From an uncultured Thermoleophilia bacterium (GTDB lineage: Bacteria; Actinomycetota; Thermoleophilia; Solirubrobacterales; 70-9), in contig CAWIPP010000002.1 in NCBI GenBank assembly GCA_963838175.1, positions 948,738 through 1,012,737 of the forward strand: 64,000 bases of DNA. Direction: 5' to 3'. Below, in pieces: positions 47,835 to 60,428 of the stretch (positions are counted from its first letter, which is position 1; each line of letters starts with the position of its first letter). Under the pieces are notes generated by a model. The model was given only the letters and a program-made list of their open reading frames with translations. It made no database searches and had not been told where the DNA came from. A program made the position numbers and the translations under genes.

Positions 47835-48275
47835 TCAGTAACTCGCGCAGTCCGCGGGTGGGTCGCCGCGACTGCCCTCGTCGAGCCAGGCTTCGTAGGC
47901 CGCCAGGTCCTCGGCGCCGCATTCGTCGGAGGGGCTGTTGGCGAGCGTGATCAGCGCGATCGGGGATATGGCCGCGATCAGGACGAGCGCGCCGATCCGA
48001 AGCGGTGACGCCTCTCCCGCGACCCACGCCCGGCCGGCCGTGTAGGCGGCGACGAGGAGCGCGATCAGGGCGACGATCGCGATGACCACGACGAGGAGCC
48101 CGTCTCCGGTCGCGCCGCAGACGTCGGCCTGGGCCGAGTCGCGGGCGACGTACGGCTCGCCCCCGTCCCCCGAGCTGCAATGGAGGACGAAGATGAATCC
48201 GCCGAAGACGATGGTCGCGCCCCCGGCCAGGCCGGCGAGAGCGACGAGCACGGCGAGCACCCAGGAGCGCCTCAC
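47835..48275 (-). CDS. Hypothetical membrane protein (3 predicted TM helices, Cys-containing loops)
   Basis: 146 aa. MRRSWVLAVLVALAGLAGGATIVFGGFIFVLHC..LLVVVIAIVALIALLVAAY..IGALVLIAAISPIALITL.. No family recognised. Confidence 0.5.
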   Translation of the reverse strand: MRRSWVLAVLVALAGLAGGATIVFGGFIFVLHCSSGDGGEPYVARDSAQADVCGATGDGLLVVVIAIVALIALLVAAYTAGRAWVAGEASPLRIGALVLIAAISPIALITLANSPSDECGAEDLAAYEAWLDEGSRGDPPADCASY

Positions 48276-48661
48276 CGGTCCGCTTCCCAGTATCCGGGCC
48301 GGGCGACCTCGAGCTTGCGGCGGACGTGGTCGCGAAGCTCTGAGGCGACCCGGTCGAGGTCGTCGTCCAGGTCGCCGGCGCGGATCCGGCGCGCCAGCTC
48401 GGCGGCCGCGTCGCGGGCCCGCTCCTCAGCCTCCTCCGGAGCGGGGTCGTCGCCCTCGGTGCCGAGGAGGGAGCGGAACAGCCGGGCGTCGGCGATGCTC
48501 GGCTCGGTGCCGGCGCGGAGCTCGCGGGCGACGACGGCGCAGAGGTTGGCGGCGACGAGGATCTGGAACCGGCGCTCGCGCGGCACCCAGTCGCGGACCT
48601 GGGTGAAGAGCATCGCCGCAAGGGCGTCGAGGAGCTCGGGAGCGGTGGGCCGGTCCTGCAC
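48272..48661 (-). CDS. Hypothetical small protein downstream of the phosphotransferase gene
   Basis: GTG at 48661 overlaps the upstream TAG. ..QDRPTAPELLDALAAMLFTQVRDWVPRERRFQILVAANLCAVVAREL.. From memory this pairing occurs next to APH-type kinases in actinobacteria, but I cannot confirm the family name. Confidence 0.5.
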   Translation of the reverse strand: MQDRPTAPELLDALAAMLFTQVRDWVPRERRFQILVAANLCAVVARELRAGTEPSIADARLFRSLLGTEGDDPAPEEAEERARDAAAELARRIRAGDLDDDLDRVASELRDHVRRKLEVARPGYWEADR

Positions 48662-49670
48662 TAGGCGGCCTCCGCGATCAGCTCGAGCAGATCCCACTCG
48701 GGCTCGCACACGCGGCGGCCCAGGGAGGCGAGCTCGGCGCTCGGGCGCCGGCCGGACAGGTGATCGTGGGCCTGGCGCGCGCAGATCACGGCCCACTTGA
48801 CGTTGCCGAGCATCTCCCACCAGCGCAGCCGCCGAGGATCCGGCCGCGGGCCGCCAGCGGCCTCGTACGCGTCGAGGAAGTCGTCCAGCGCGCCCACTCC
48901 CGCAACTGGCAGCTCGTCGTTGCCGAACCGCCACGAGCGGATGCAGAGCCAGCCGATGTCCTCGGCGGGATCGCCGAGCATGGCAGAGCTCCCAGTCGAT
49001 CACCGCCGCGAGCCCGCTCTCGTCGACGATGAAATTGCCGAGTCGGAAGTCTCCGTGGACCAGCGACACCCGCTCGGGCGGCGGCGGAAGGTGAAGGCGG
49101 AGCCAACGCAACCCCGCCTCGACGGCCGCTAACGGCTCGCCGATCTCGTCGAGAGCCTGCTCCCAGAATTCGCAGGCCGCCTCTGCAGGATCACCCGCGG
49201 GCGGATCGACCGAATCGAGCGCGCCTGGGTCCAGCGAGTGGATTTGGGCGAGCGCCTCGGCGAGCTGGCCCGGCAGCCGCTCGCGCGCCGCTGCGAGCTC
49301 GTCGCGCCGCAGCACCCGCGGCGCCACCGACGTGCCCTCGACGTGGTCCATCAGGAAGCCGGCGCTCCCGAAGCGCCCGCCCTCGGGCTCGAACGCGAGC
49401 ACCCGGGCCACCGGCACCCCCGCCTCCGCCGCGGCCCCGATCACCTCGACCTCGACCGCAAGCGGCACGTAGGACTCCGCCCCGGGCGGGTCGCGGCGCA
49501 AGCACCCAGCGGCGCTCGCCCGCCTCGACGAGCCAGGTCTCGCGCGACGCTCCGCCGGGAACGTGCTCGAGGACGACCTCCCCGGGGTCGCCGCCGAGCG
49601 CCTCCCCGAGCGTCTCCCGGACCGTGCCCCGGTCGGGCGGCTCCCTGGTGCCTGACTCGCCGATCCGCCG
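48661..49670 (-). CDS. Aminoglycoside/choline-kinase-type phosphotransferase (APH family); frame-disrupted, start approximate
   Basis: ..GGASRETWLVEAGERRWVLRRDPPG.. / ..FLMDHVEG..VSLVHGDFRLGNFIVDESGLAAVIDWELCH (Brenner HxDxxxxN and DWE motifs) / ..GDPAEDIGWL.. Confidence 0.75.
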
Positions 49671-49687
49671 AGAATAATCTGGCGGCG

Positions 49688-50285
49688 ATGCCCGAGCTCG
49701 CCCTCGTCCTCTGGCTCATCTTCTTTGGCCTGGCGATCGTGGGCCGGGCGGCGCTTCAGTACCGGATGACCGGCTCGACGGGGCTGATCGGGATGAAGGC
49801 CTCGCCGGGCTCGCCGGAGTGGATCGGCGGCGTCCTCTTCGGGCTCGCGATCGCGGCCGGCGTGGCGGCGCCGATCGTCGACCTGGGCGGGAGCGTCGAT
49901 CGGTACGACGACCTGGACTCGACCGGCGTCCACATCGCCGGGATCGTCGTCTTCGCAATCGGCCTCGCCGGCGTGATCGTTGCACAGCTCGCGATGGGCG
50001 CCTCCTGGCGGGTGGGCGTCGACGAGACCGAGCGCACCGAGCTGGTCACCTCGGGCGTCTTCTCGCTCGTCCGCAACCCGATCTACACGGCGATGATCGC
50101 GGCATTCGCCGGCCTCGCGCTCCTCGTCCCGGGGCCGGTCTCGTTCGGCTCGGTCGTGCTGATCCTGATCGCGCTCGAGATGCAGACCCGGCTCGTCGAG
50201 GAGCCCTACCTCGCCCGGGTTCACGGACGGGCCTACGCGGACTACGCGGCCCGCGTCGGCCGCCTGCTTCCCGGCGTCGGCCGGA

Positions 50286-50296
<11 letters not shown>
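49688..50296 (+). CDS. Isoprenylcysteine carboxyl methyltransferase (ICMT/PEMT) family membrane protein
   Basis: ATG at 49688 in ORF 49238-50296. Multiple TM helices. ..LVTSGVFSLVRNPIYTAMI..EEPYLARVHGRAYADYAARVGRLLPG.. Confidence 0.8.
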
Positions 50297-51625
<1,329 letters not shown>

Positions 51626-51729
51626 CTACAGAGTACGGGGTGCGCCCGGATGTGGCGCGCACGAGGCAGGTTCGCCGCCGTCCTGCAAGCTCCTGCCCAG
51701 GCGCGAAAAGTGCCTGCTAGCGTGCGTGG

Positions 51730-52705
51730 CTAGATGTAGTTCCCAGGAACGTTCGTCAGCCTTGAGCCAGGCGGGCGGTGGCCAAGGCTGCCGTGTGGTC
51801 TTCGCCAGTTGTATCGCTCGAGCCATGGCTCGAGCGCCGCGGCCCGCTCGGCGCTCGTCCCGTAGAGCCGGCAATAGGCCCACTCGCGCAGCATCGTCTG
51901 GATGAAGCGCTCGGCCTTGCCGTTGGTGCGGGGCCGGTAGGGCTTGGTGCGGATGTGCTTGAGGCCGAGCTCGCGGCAGGCGATCGCGTGGGCCTTCGAC
52001 TTGTAGGCGGCGCCGTTGTCGCTGATCACGCGCTCGACCTCGACTCCGTGCGAACGAAAGAAGTCGAGCGCGCGACGCAGGAAACCGACCGCGCTCGCCG
52101 CTTTCTCGTCGGCGAGGACCTCGACATAGGCGAGCCGGGAGTGGTCGTCGATCGCGACGTGGCAGAACTCCCAGCCGGCGACGCCCACCGGTCGTCCCGT
52201 CGGGCTCCCCACGCGAGTGCTCTTCTGGCCGCGCCTGTTCCCCGTCACCCGGTGGCCGGGCCGCAGGATGCGACCGAGCTTCTTGACGTCGACGTGGACG
52301 AGCTCGCCGGGTCGTGAGCGCTCGTAGCGGTTCGGTGGCTCGGGCGGCTCGAGGCGCGAGAGGCGTCCCAGCCCTCCTCGCTTGAGCACCGCCGAGACGG
52401 TCGATAGCGGCATCGCCAGGACCTCGGAGAGCTCGGATGCGGTCAGGCGCATCTTGCGAAGCCCGAGGATCAGCTCGACGCGCTCGGGCGGGCGTTCGGT
52501 GGGGGATCCGCTTCGGCGCCGAAGAGCGGTCGCGAAGCCCAGTCTCGCCTGCTTCGCGGTAGCGGGCGATCCAGCGGTAGACGGTGCGCTCGGCAACGCC
52601 GGCGGCCTCGGCCGCCGCCGTTGCCGTCCACCCCTGCTCGAGAACCCGCTTGACGACGAAGAGCCTGCCTTTCGGTGTGAGGCGTGCTCTAGCGTGGACC
52701 TTCAT
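51730..52705 (-). CDS. IS481 family transposase (HTH + DDE integrase core); one frame shift
   Basis: MKVHARARLTPKGRLFVVKRVLEQGWTATAAAEAAGVAERTVYRWIARYREAGETGLRDRSSAPKRIPHRT (ORF 51626-52705) joins near 52490 to ..PERVELILGLRKMRLTASE..LVHVDVKKLG..WEFCHVAIDDHSRLAYVEVL..VISDNGAAYKS..TKPYRPRTNGKAERF.. (ORF 51730-52596). Its TAG lies in the flanking CTAG. Confidence 0.88.
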
Positions 52706-52801
52706 CCGGTGACCTCCTCTGGAGCTGGCTTGCTTGGCAGCTCCAGCCTCCAGAGAGGCCCGGATGGCTTAGGTCACTGACGAAGGTGGTTAGGAACTAC
52801 A
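51735..52801 (-). mobile_element. IS481-family insertion sequence (1067 bp) with imperfect ~30-bp terminal inverted repeats and CTAG target duplication
   Basis: The left end tgtagttcccaggaacgttcgtcag (51735-) matches the reverse complement of the right end, tgtagttcctaaccaccttcgtcag (-52801). Flanks are gctaga (51729-51734) and gctagc (52802-52807). Confidence 0.8.
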
Positions 52802-52802
52802 G

Positions 52803-53298
<496 letters not shown>

Positions 53299-53302
<4 letters not shown>

Positions 53303-53828
53303 CGCGGCGGCTCGTGGATGCGGATCAGGGTGTCGCCGTAGCGGCGCTCGCGCGCGAGCGGCAGCCCGAGCTCGAGCGGCCGCCGGGCGGCGCTCTCCGT
53401 GATCACGCGAGCGCCCGTCGCCAGGCGCGGCAGGCAGGAGCTGGTCGAGCTCGGGGCCAAGACGGTCGGCGAGTCTATACGGGGGGTCGCAGAAGACGAG
53501 GTCGTAGGAGGAGCCGTCGCGGCGCAGGAACGCGCGGGCGTCGGCGCGAACGACCTCCGCCCGGTCGTCGAGGCCGAGCTCCGACGACGTTGCGGCGCGC
53601 GAGGCGGGCGTCGGTGTCGACGAGGGTCGCCCGCTCCGCGCCGCGCGACAGCGCCTCGATCGCGAGCGCGCCGGTGCCGCAGAACAGGTCGAGCACCCGC
53701 GCGCCGGAGACGTCGCCGAGGATCGAGAAGAGCGCCTCGCGGACGCGGTCGGAGGTCGGTCGGACGTCGGCGCCGCTGGACGGGGAGGCGAGCCGGCGTC
53801 CGCCGAGCTCGCCGGCGACGATCCTCAC
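53299..53828 (-). CDS. rsmD: 16S rRNA (guanine966-N2)-methyltransferase RsmD; one frame shift
   Basis: [59 protein letters not shown].. / ..[10 protein letters not shown].. Its stop overlaps the coaD start. Confidence 0.85.
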
Positions 53829-56003
53829 GCTGCAATCGGCTCGGAGCGCTCGTCGCCGAAGCGGGCGCGGGCGACGTCGACCAGCGGGCCCAGGTCGGGG
53901 ACGTCGAGCGAACCGAACCGGCGGAGGAGGCCAACCACCTCCTGGCGAGCGGCCGAGAGCAGCGCCGCGTCCTCGGGCAACGTGGCGACCCGGAACCGCG
54001 GCAGGCCGTGCTGGCGTGTCCCCAGCACCTCCCCCTCTCCGCGCAGCGCCAGGTCGACCTCGGCCAGCTTGAAGCCGTCGCGCTCGGTCGCGATCGCATC
54101 AAGGCGCATCCGGGCGCGCTCGGACTCGGGGTCGGCGAAGAGGATGCAATGGCTCTCGTGCTCGCCGCGGCCGACCCGGCCGCGGAGCTGGTGGAGCTGC
54201 GAGAGCCCGTAGCGGTCGGCCTCCTCGATCAGCATCACCGCCGCGTTGGGGACGTCGATCCCGACCTCGATCACGCTGGTCGCGACCAGCACGTCGGCGC
54301 CGCCGGCGGCGAAGCGCTCCATCGCATCGGACTTCTCCGCGGCCGGCATCTGGCCGTGCAGGAGGGCGAGCTCGAAATCGCGGAACTCCCCCGCCGCGAG
54401 CCGCTCCGCCTCGGCCGTCGCGGCGCGGGCCTGGAGCTTCTCGGACTCCGAGACGAGCGGGCAGACGACGAAAGCCTGTCTGCCCTCGCGGAGCTTTCCG
54501 CGGATGAACTCGTAGGCGCCGTCTCGCTTCTCCTCCCCCACCACCCACGTCCTCACCGGCCGCCTCCCCGCGGGAAGCTCGCGCAGGGTGGTCGTCTCGA
54601 GGTCTCCGTATGCGGTCATCGAGAGGGTCCGCGGGATCGGCGTCGCGGTCATGTGGAGGGCGTGCGGCGCCGACTCGCCCGGCCCCTTCGCGTCGAGCGC
54701 GGCGCGCTGGCGGACCCCGAAGCGATGTTGCTCGTCGACCACGGCGAGCGCGAGGCGGGCGAAGTCGACCGACTCCTCGATCAGGGCGTGGGTCCCGACC
54801 ACCATCGACAGCTCCCCGGAGGCAAGCCGCGCGAGCGCCTCCCGCCGGGCGGCGGCCGGGGTCGAACCGGTGAGCAGGGAGAAGCTGAGCAGCGAGGGCT
54901 CGAGCAGGCGGTCGAGCGTATGCGCGTGCTGCTCGGCCAGCGTCTCGGTGGGCGCCATCAGTGCCGCCTGGTGACCGGACTCGACCGCACGCAGCATCGC
55001 GAACAGGGCGACCACGGTCTTGCCGCTGCCGACCTCCCCCATCAGCAGGCGCTGCATCGGCCGGCCCGACGCGAGGTCGGAGTCGATCTCCTCGATCGCG
55101 GCGCGCTGGTCCCCGGTCGGGTCGAAGGGGAGCGACTCGAGCCAGCGCGCGGTCAGCTCGCCGGCCGGCTCGAAGAGGACCCCGGGACGGTCGTGCTCGC
55201 GACCGCGCCGGCGCAGAGCCAGCGCCGCCTGATGCAGGAAGAGCTCCTCGAAGGCGAGTCGCTCACGGGCCGGCGGGACCTGATCGAGATCGTCCGGGAA
55301 GTGCGCCGCCGCGATCGCATCCGCGGCCCCCGGAAATCGGCGACGGACGCGCAGCCCAGCGGGAAGAGCCTCGGGCTCCTCGCGTGCGAGCGGCAGCGCC
55401 TGCCAGGCCCAGTCGCGGAGCTTCTTCGCCGAGAGGCCCTCGGTGGCGGGGTGCACGGGAACGATGCCGGTCGTGTGGATGCCACCGTCCTCGAGCGACT
55501 CGTAGTCGGTGACCCGGAAGCCGTTGCGATCGAGCTTTCCGTTCAGGAGCCATCGCGTCCCCGGCTCGAGCCGGTCCGCGAGCCAGGCCTGGTTGAACCA
55601 GATCGCCTTCGTCGTCCCCGACTCGTCCCTGACGGTCGCCTCGACGATCTTGAGGTTGCGGCGACGGGTCCTGCGGAGGTGCGAGGAGCGGACCTCGACC
55701 TCGATCGTCTTCTCGGTCCCGATCGGGAGCTCGCCGATCGGCGTCACCTCGGAGCGGTCGCGATGGCGTGTGGGGGACGTGAGCGAGCAGGTCGCCGAGC
55801 GTCTCGATGTCGATTCGAGCGGCTGAGGCCGAGAGCTTCGGGCCCGCTCCGCGCAGCGAGGTGAGCTGTGCCTCGAGCCGGCTCGGGCGCGGAACCGAGC
55901 GAAGCTCGACCGCCAGCAACGCCTCGCGATCCTGCGGCTCGCCACTGCCGATCGCCCGCGGCGGATCGACCGCTTCGTCTGCCCGGCGCTCGGCGGTAGC
56001 CAC
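53825..56003 (-). CDS. recG: ATP-dependent DNA helicase RecG; one frame shift near 55765, start provisional (GTG 56003)
   Basis: The 706-aa ORF 53825-55945 carries ..LLMGEVGSGKTVVA (motif I)..VVDEQHRFGV (motif II)..MTATPIPRTL..LHGQM..VATSVIEVGIDVPNA..QLHQLRGRVGRG.. The N-terminal wedge domain continues in another frame (..LTSLRGAGPKLSASAARIDIETLGDLLAHVPH). Confidence 0.9.
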
Positions 56004-56036
56004 GGTTGCCTCCACCCGACCTAGGCTACGGCGGGA

Positions 56037-56513
56037 ATGGGTCGGATCGAGGAGCGGCTGACGGAGCTGGGGCTCGAGCTGCCCGAGCCGTTCTCGGCTC
56101 CGGAGGGGGTCGAGTTCAAGTTCGACCTCGTGCGGGTCGCCGGCGAGGTCGCCTACGTCTCCGGCCACGGCCCGATCGACGGCTTCCGTCCGCTGGTCCA
56201 GGGCAAGGTCGGCGCCGAGGTCACACCCGAGCGCGGCTACGAGGCCGCGCGCGAGACCTGCCTCTCGGTGCTGGCATCGCTCAAGGCCGAGCTCGGCGAG
56301 CTCGACCGGGTCACCGGCTGGCTCAAGGTCCTCGGGCTGGTCAACTGCGCGCCGGGGTTCAGCGCCACCCCAGGCGTGGTCAACGGCTTCAGCGACCTCG
56401 TGCTCGAGCTGTGGGGAGACGCCGGGCGGCACGCCCGCTCCGCGATCGGCGCCTCCGAGCTTCCCTTCGACATCCCGGTCGAGGTGGAGGCGGTCGTCAC
56501 CGTGGGGGTCTGA
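56037..56513 (+). CDS. RidA/YjgF (Rid) family protein
   Basis: 158 aa. MGRIEERLTELGLELPEP..VRVAGEVAYVSGHGP..RSAIGASELPFDIPVEVEAVV.. Confidence 0.75.
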   Translation: MGRIEERLTELGLELPEPFSAPEGVEFKFDLVRVAGEVAYVSGHGPIDGFRPLVQGKVGAEVTPERGYEAARETCLSVLASLKAELGELDRVTGWLKVLGLVNCAPGFSATPGVVNGFSDLVLELWGDAGRHARSAIGASELPFDIPVEVEAVVTVGV

Positions 56514-56581
56514 CCCCAGAGGGGTCTGACCCCCGGGGGACAGGTTGACCCCAGAGGGGTCTGACCCCCAGGGGGACAGGT
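56504..56581. repeat. Tandem 35/36-nt palindrome-rich repeat (2 units plus a partial unit) filling the gap between convergent genes
   Basis: Units are tgaccccagaggggtctgacccccgggggacaggt (56511-56545) and tgaccccagaggggtctgacccccagggggacaggt (56546-56581). GGGGTCTGACCCC occurs 3 times. The first TGA is the stop of the RidA-like gene. Confidence 0.85.
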
Positions 56582-56584
56582 CGG

Positions 56585-57357
56585 TCAGGCCGGGGCGGCG
56601 ACCTTCGCGCCGCCGCGCGCGCGGTGCCGGCGGAACATCTCCTCGACCCACTTGAATCCCGGGCGGTCGGCGAGCGAGGCGCGGTACGCGGCGTAGGCCG
56701 GCGGCGGATCGGGGAGCGGCGGTCCCTCCGCCGGCAGCACCGTCGGGTAGAACAGCGCCGCGGCGGTCAGGTCGGCGACGCTGAAGCGGTCGCCGACCAG
56801 GTACTCGCGTCCGTCGAGCTCGGCCTCGAGGCGATCGAACCCGTCCACGATCTTCGACCTCGCCTCCTCCGCCTCCTGGTCCGACTTGACCCGGTAGCGG
56901 AGCTGGAGGAACGTCGCCCGCGACGGGCATCATGAACCGCGACGGCCGCCTTGGGGCCCGGCAGCTCGCTCTCGAGGATGCCCTGAGCGGTGGGCGGATG
57001 CTTGAGGACCTCGTGCCAGGCGAGCAGTCGCGTGTAGGGACCCACCTCCTCGTCGAAGAAGTCCTCGAGCTCGAGCGCGCGGCGGCGCTCGTCGGGGTCC
57101 GCGGGATAGAGCGGCGGCTCGGGAAAGCGCTCCTCGAGCGTCGCGACGATCTCGGTCGAGTCCGAGTAGGTGCGGCCTTCGAGGTCGAGGAGCGGAAAGG
57201 TCTTCGAGGCGCCCCGGCTCTTCGCCAGCGCGACCAGCATGTGGGCTCCCGGCGGCGGGGCCTTGCGCTCGTGCTCGACGCCCTTGTAGTCGAGCGCCCA
57301 GCGCACCTTCTCGGAGTAGTGCGAGACCTTGATCTGCCAAAGGACGGGCTTCGGCAC
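56585..57357 (-). CDS. Glutathione S-transferase family protein; one frame shift near 56925
   Basis: GTG at 57357. ..PVLWQIKVSHYSEKVRWALDYKGVEHE..FPLLDLEGRTYSDSTEIVATLEERFP.. (thioredoxin-like N-domain) / ..DGREYLVGDRFSVADLTAAALFYP.. (C-domain). Confidence 0.8.
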
Positions 57358-57367
57358 TGCGCTCAAG

Positions 57368-58101
57368 CTACTCCGTCTCAACCTCGACCGCGTCGAGCTC
57401 GAGCCAGACCACGGTCGGGCGCGGCGGCACGCGCCCCCCGGGCAAAGTCGGGTGGACCCGCCGCCGCGTCGGGAGGACGAGTCCGTCGAACTCGCGGTGC
57501 GCGTCGCAGAAGTGGGCCGCATTCGCCCAAGCGCCCACGACGCTCGCGGTGTAGTCGTGGCGTCGCAGCAGCCCGCGGTCGTCGAAGTAGAAGGTCTGGC
57601 GTTCCGAGTGGGTATCGATGCCGGGCCCGAAGCGGGCGTCGAGTCGCCGCAGGCGCTCGCCGGCGGATTCGAGCGGCTCGCCCTCGCTGACCTCGACCTC
57701 GTCGCGGGTGAGCAGGAGCGGCGTGGTCAGGTAGTTCCACATCGCATAGCCGGCGAAGTACGCCGTGTCGAGCACGTCCCAGCGCAGGCTCCGCCGCAGC
57801 GCCGGAGGCGCCGAAGAAGAGCGGCGCGCGGATCGTCGCGGGAGCCGAGGAGCTCGCCCTCGGAGCTCTCGTGGCGAACTCGGCCGTGATCGAAGACGGC
57901 CGTCTCCCGCGAGGAGGCCGGCTCGAGCATCGTCCAGGGCTCCTGGACACGGACGGTGATGCGGTACTCCGAGAACAGCCGCCGTGGGGCTCGTGTCGCC
58001 AGCAACAGGCCGCCGGAGCGGACCCGGGCGCGGATCGTCGTCGCGGCCCGCCAGCGCTCGGCGCCGCCATGGGCGTCCAGCACCTCGTCGAGGAGGGACA
58101 C
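57368..58101 (-). CDS. Hypothetical protein; at least one frame shift
   Basis: GTG at 58101. ..VSLLDEVLDAHGGAERWRAATTIRARVRSGGLL.. / ..WDVLDTAYFAGYAMWNYLTTPLLLTRDEVEVSEGEPL..RQTFYFDDRGLLRRHDYT.. No family recognised. Confidence 0.45.
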
Positions 58102-58109
58102 GGCTGCCG

Positions 58110-59739
58110 CTACTCGGCGGTGATCAGCCACCACCAGCCCGGCTGGCCGGCTGGGTGGACCTCGACCTCGGCGCCGCCATCGAGCTCGGACGGGACCTCG
58201 TCGGGGTCCATGGGCGCGTCCGGGGTGGCGAGGACGGTGACCAGCTCGGCACCGTCCCCGAGGTGATCGAGCGTCTTGCGAAGGGTCGAGCCGGCCCCTC
58301 CCCACGCGACCACCTCCTCGCCGGCGAAGCCGACGGCGTCGCCGCGAACGAAGCGGCCCTGAGGGTCGTCCTTGACCGCCGGGGCGACCCCGCCGCTGCG
58401 GATCCGGCCGAGCGCCGCGGCAAGGCGTTCGGCGTTCTCGGCGGCGCTCGCCTCGGGGTCGGCCTCCGGCAGCGCGGCCAGCGCCGCCTGCTGGGAGTCG
58501 CAGTCGACGACGGCGACCTCCTTCTCGGCGAGCTCGGCGGCCTCCTCGGCGGCCATGCGCACGTTCGGCGAGTTCGGCAGCAACACCACGCCTTCGGCAC
58601 TCGCGTGGTCGATCGCGCGACGAGGTCGGCGGTCGAGGGGTTGAGCGTCGGCCCCGCCGTCGACGTCACGGCGCCGAGATCCCCGGAACATGGCGCTCAT
58701 CCCGTTGCCGGAGACGACCGCGAGCACGGTCGAGCGCCCGCCCCGCATCCGCGCGTCGCGCTCGGCGACCTGCTCGCGCATGTCGGCGATGTCCTCCTGG
58801 ACGATCTCGCCGGCGTCGTCGAAGAGGGCCTTCGCCGCCGTCCGTAGTCGTCGGTGTGGACGTGGACCTTGATCGTCGCCTCGTCACCGACGACGAGGAC
58901 CGAGTCGCCGAGCTCCTCCAGCCGCGGGACGAACGAGTCCCCGTCGAGCCCCTCGCCGGTGACGATGAAGTTGGTGCACCAGCGGTAGGTCAGGTCCGCG
59001 TGATGGACGTCGTGGGTGCGCGCGGGCGCGTAGTGCGGGATCTCGGGGAGGCTGCACCTGCTCGCCGGCGAGCCCGGCGACGTAGCCGCGGACGAGGACG
59101 ACGAGACCGAGCGCGCCGGCGTCGACGACGCCGTGCTCGGCGAGCACGTCGAGCTGCTCCGGCGTGTGGCGGACCGCCTCCTCGCCGGCGAAGAGCGCTG
59201 TCGTCATCATCTCGGCGAGCAGCGCGTTCTGCTCGTCGTCGGTCGCGTCCTCGTCGAGGCGGTGGTGCTCGCGCCAGTGGTCGAGCCGCTCCTCGACAGC
59301 CGCGGCCATGCGCTCGGCGACGGTCAGCATCGTCCCCGGCACCGGATTCGCGGACCGAAGCGCTCGCGGCGCGGCTGCCGGCGCTCAGCCCCTCCTTGAT
59401 CAGCTCGGGATCGATCAGCCGCCCCGCGGGCGTGACCAGCTTCTCGGCCGCGCCGCGGATGAACTGGCTGAGGATCACGCCGGAGTTGCCGCGCGCCCCC
59501 ATCAGCGCCGCGCGGGCCACGGCGCGGACGATCTCCGGCCGTGGCGGGTCCACCTCCTCGCGCTCGAGGCGGTCGAGCTCCTCGAGCACGTAGCGCATCG
59601 TCAGCGCCATGTTGTCGCCGGTGTCGCCGTCGGCGACCGGGAAGACGTTGAGGTCGTTGATCTCCTGCCGCCGCTCCTCGAGGTGCGAGAGCGCCACCGC
59701 CGTCACCTGGCGGAATCGCTGTATGGAGGGGTCCGGCAC
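58110..59739 (-). CDS. DAK2-domain fusion protein (YloV-like); at least 4 frame shifts
   Basis: MPDPSIQRFRQVTAVALSHLEERRQEINDLNVFPVADGDTGDNMALTM..GARGNSGVILSQFIRG.. / ..VPGTMLTVAERMA.. / C-terminal ..VVLLPNSPNVRMAAEEA..GQPGWWWLITAE*. Confidence 0.8.
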
Positions 59740-59783
59740 GGCGCGAGCCTAGCCGCGCCGGCAGAGGTACGCCAAGTACTGCG

Positions 59784-59975
59784 TCAGGCGGCCTTGGTGA
59801 CCTGGTTCGACTTCAGGCAGCGGCTGCAGACGTAGACGCGCCGCGGCGTCCCGCGGTCGTCGACCCGGACCTTCTGGAGGTTCGGGTTGAAGCGCCGGCG
59901 GGTCGCGACCATCGAGTGCGACCGCGAGTTGCCGAACGCGGGCTTCTTTCCGCAGTTCAAGCAGACCTTGGCCAT
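59784..59975 (-). CDS. rpmB: 50S ribosomal protein L28
   Basis: 63 aa. MAKVCLNCGKKPAFGNSRSHSMVATRRRFNPNLQKVRVDDRGTPRRVYVCSRCLKS.. Confidence 0.92.
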   Translation of the reverse strand: MAKVCLNCGKKPAFGNSRSHSMVATRRRFNPNLQKVRVDDRGTPRRVYVCSRCLKSNQVTKAA

Positions 59976-59998
59976 GGGGCGGTGATGGTAGCGGGGGC

Positions 59999-60428
59999 CT
60001 AAAGCGACTCGCGGAGCTCCGCCATCCGCAGCAGCGCCAGCGCGGCGTTGCGGCCCTGGTCGCGCTTGTCGCCGCCGGAGCGGGCGAGCGCCTGCTCCAT
60101 CGTGTCGCAGGTGATCACGCCGAAGGCGCAGGGGACGCCGGTGGCGAGGGCGACCTCCTGGATCCCGCGGGCGGCCTCGGCGGAGACGAACTCGTAGTGG
60201 TCGGTCTCGCCTTTGATCACGGTGCCCGAGGCAGGCGACGCCGGCGAAGCGCCCGGACTCGGCGCACCACTTCGCCGCGAGCGGCAGCTCGAAGGCACCC
60301 GCGACCTCGTGGGTGTGGACAGAGGTCGGTGCGACGTCGTTCTCCTGGAAGGCCTCGACCGCCCCGTTCACGAGGCGTTCTGCGAGATCCTCATAGAACG
60401 TGGCGACGCAGACCGCGTACTCAGCCAC
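59999..60428 (-). CDS. ribH: 6,7-dimethyl-8-ribityllumazine synthase; one frame shift
   Basis: GTG at 60428 overlaps the ribBA stop. ..[51 protein letters not shown] / [50 protein letters not shown].. Confidence 0.85.

Noticed and set aside
52480-52500. The frame shift in the IS481 transposase as programmed -1 ribosomal frameshifting
   Set aside because: IS481-family transposases are normally single ORFs. The shift site is a C/G run (acgcccgcccgag) without an A/U-rich slippery heptamer or downstream structure. The same kind of shift affects dozens of unrelated genes here.
56504-56581. The short tandem repeat as a CRISPR array
   Set aside because: There are only two full units, directly abutting with no spacers, and no cas genes in the window. 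The units are internally palindromic like REP elements.
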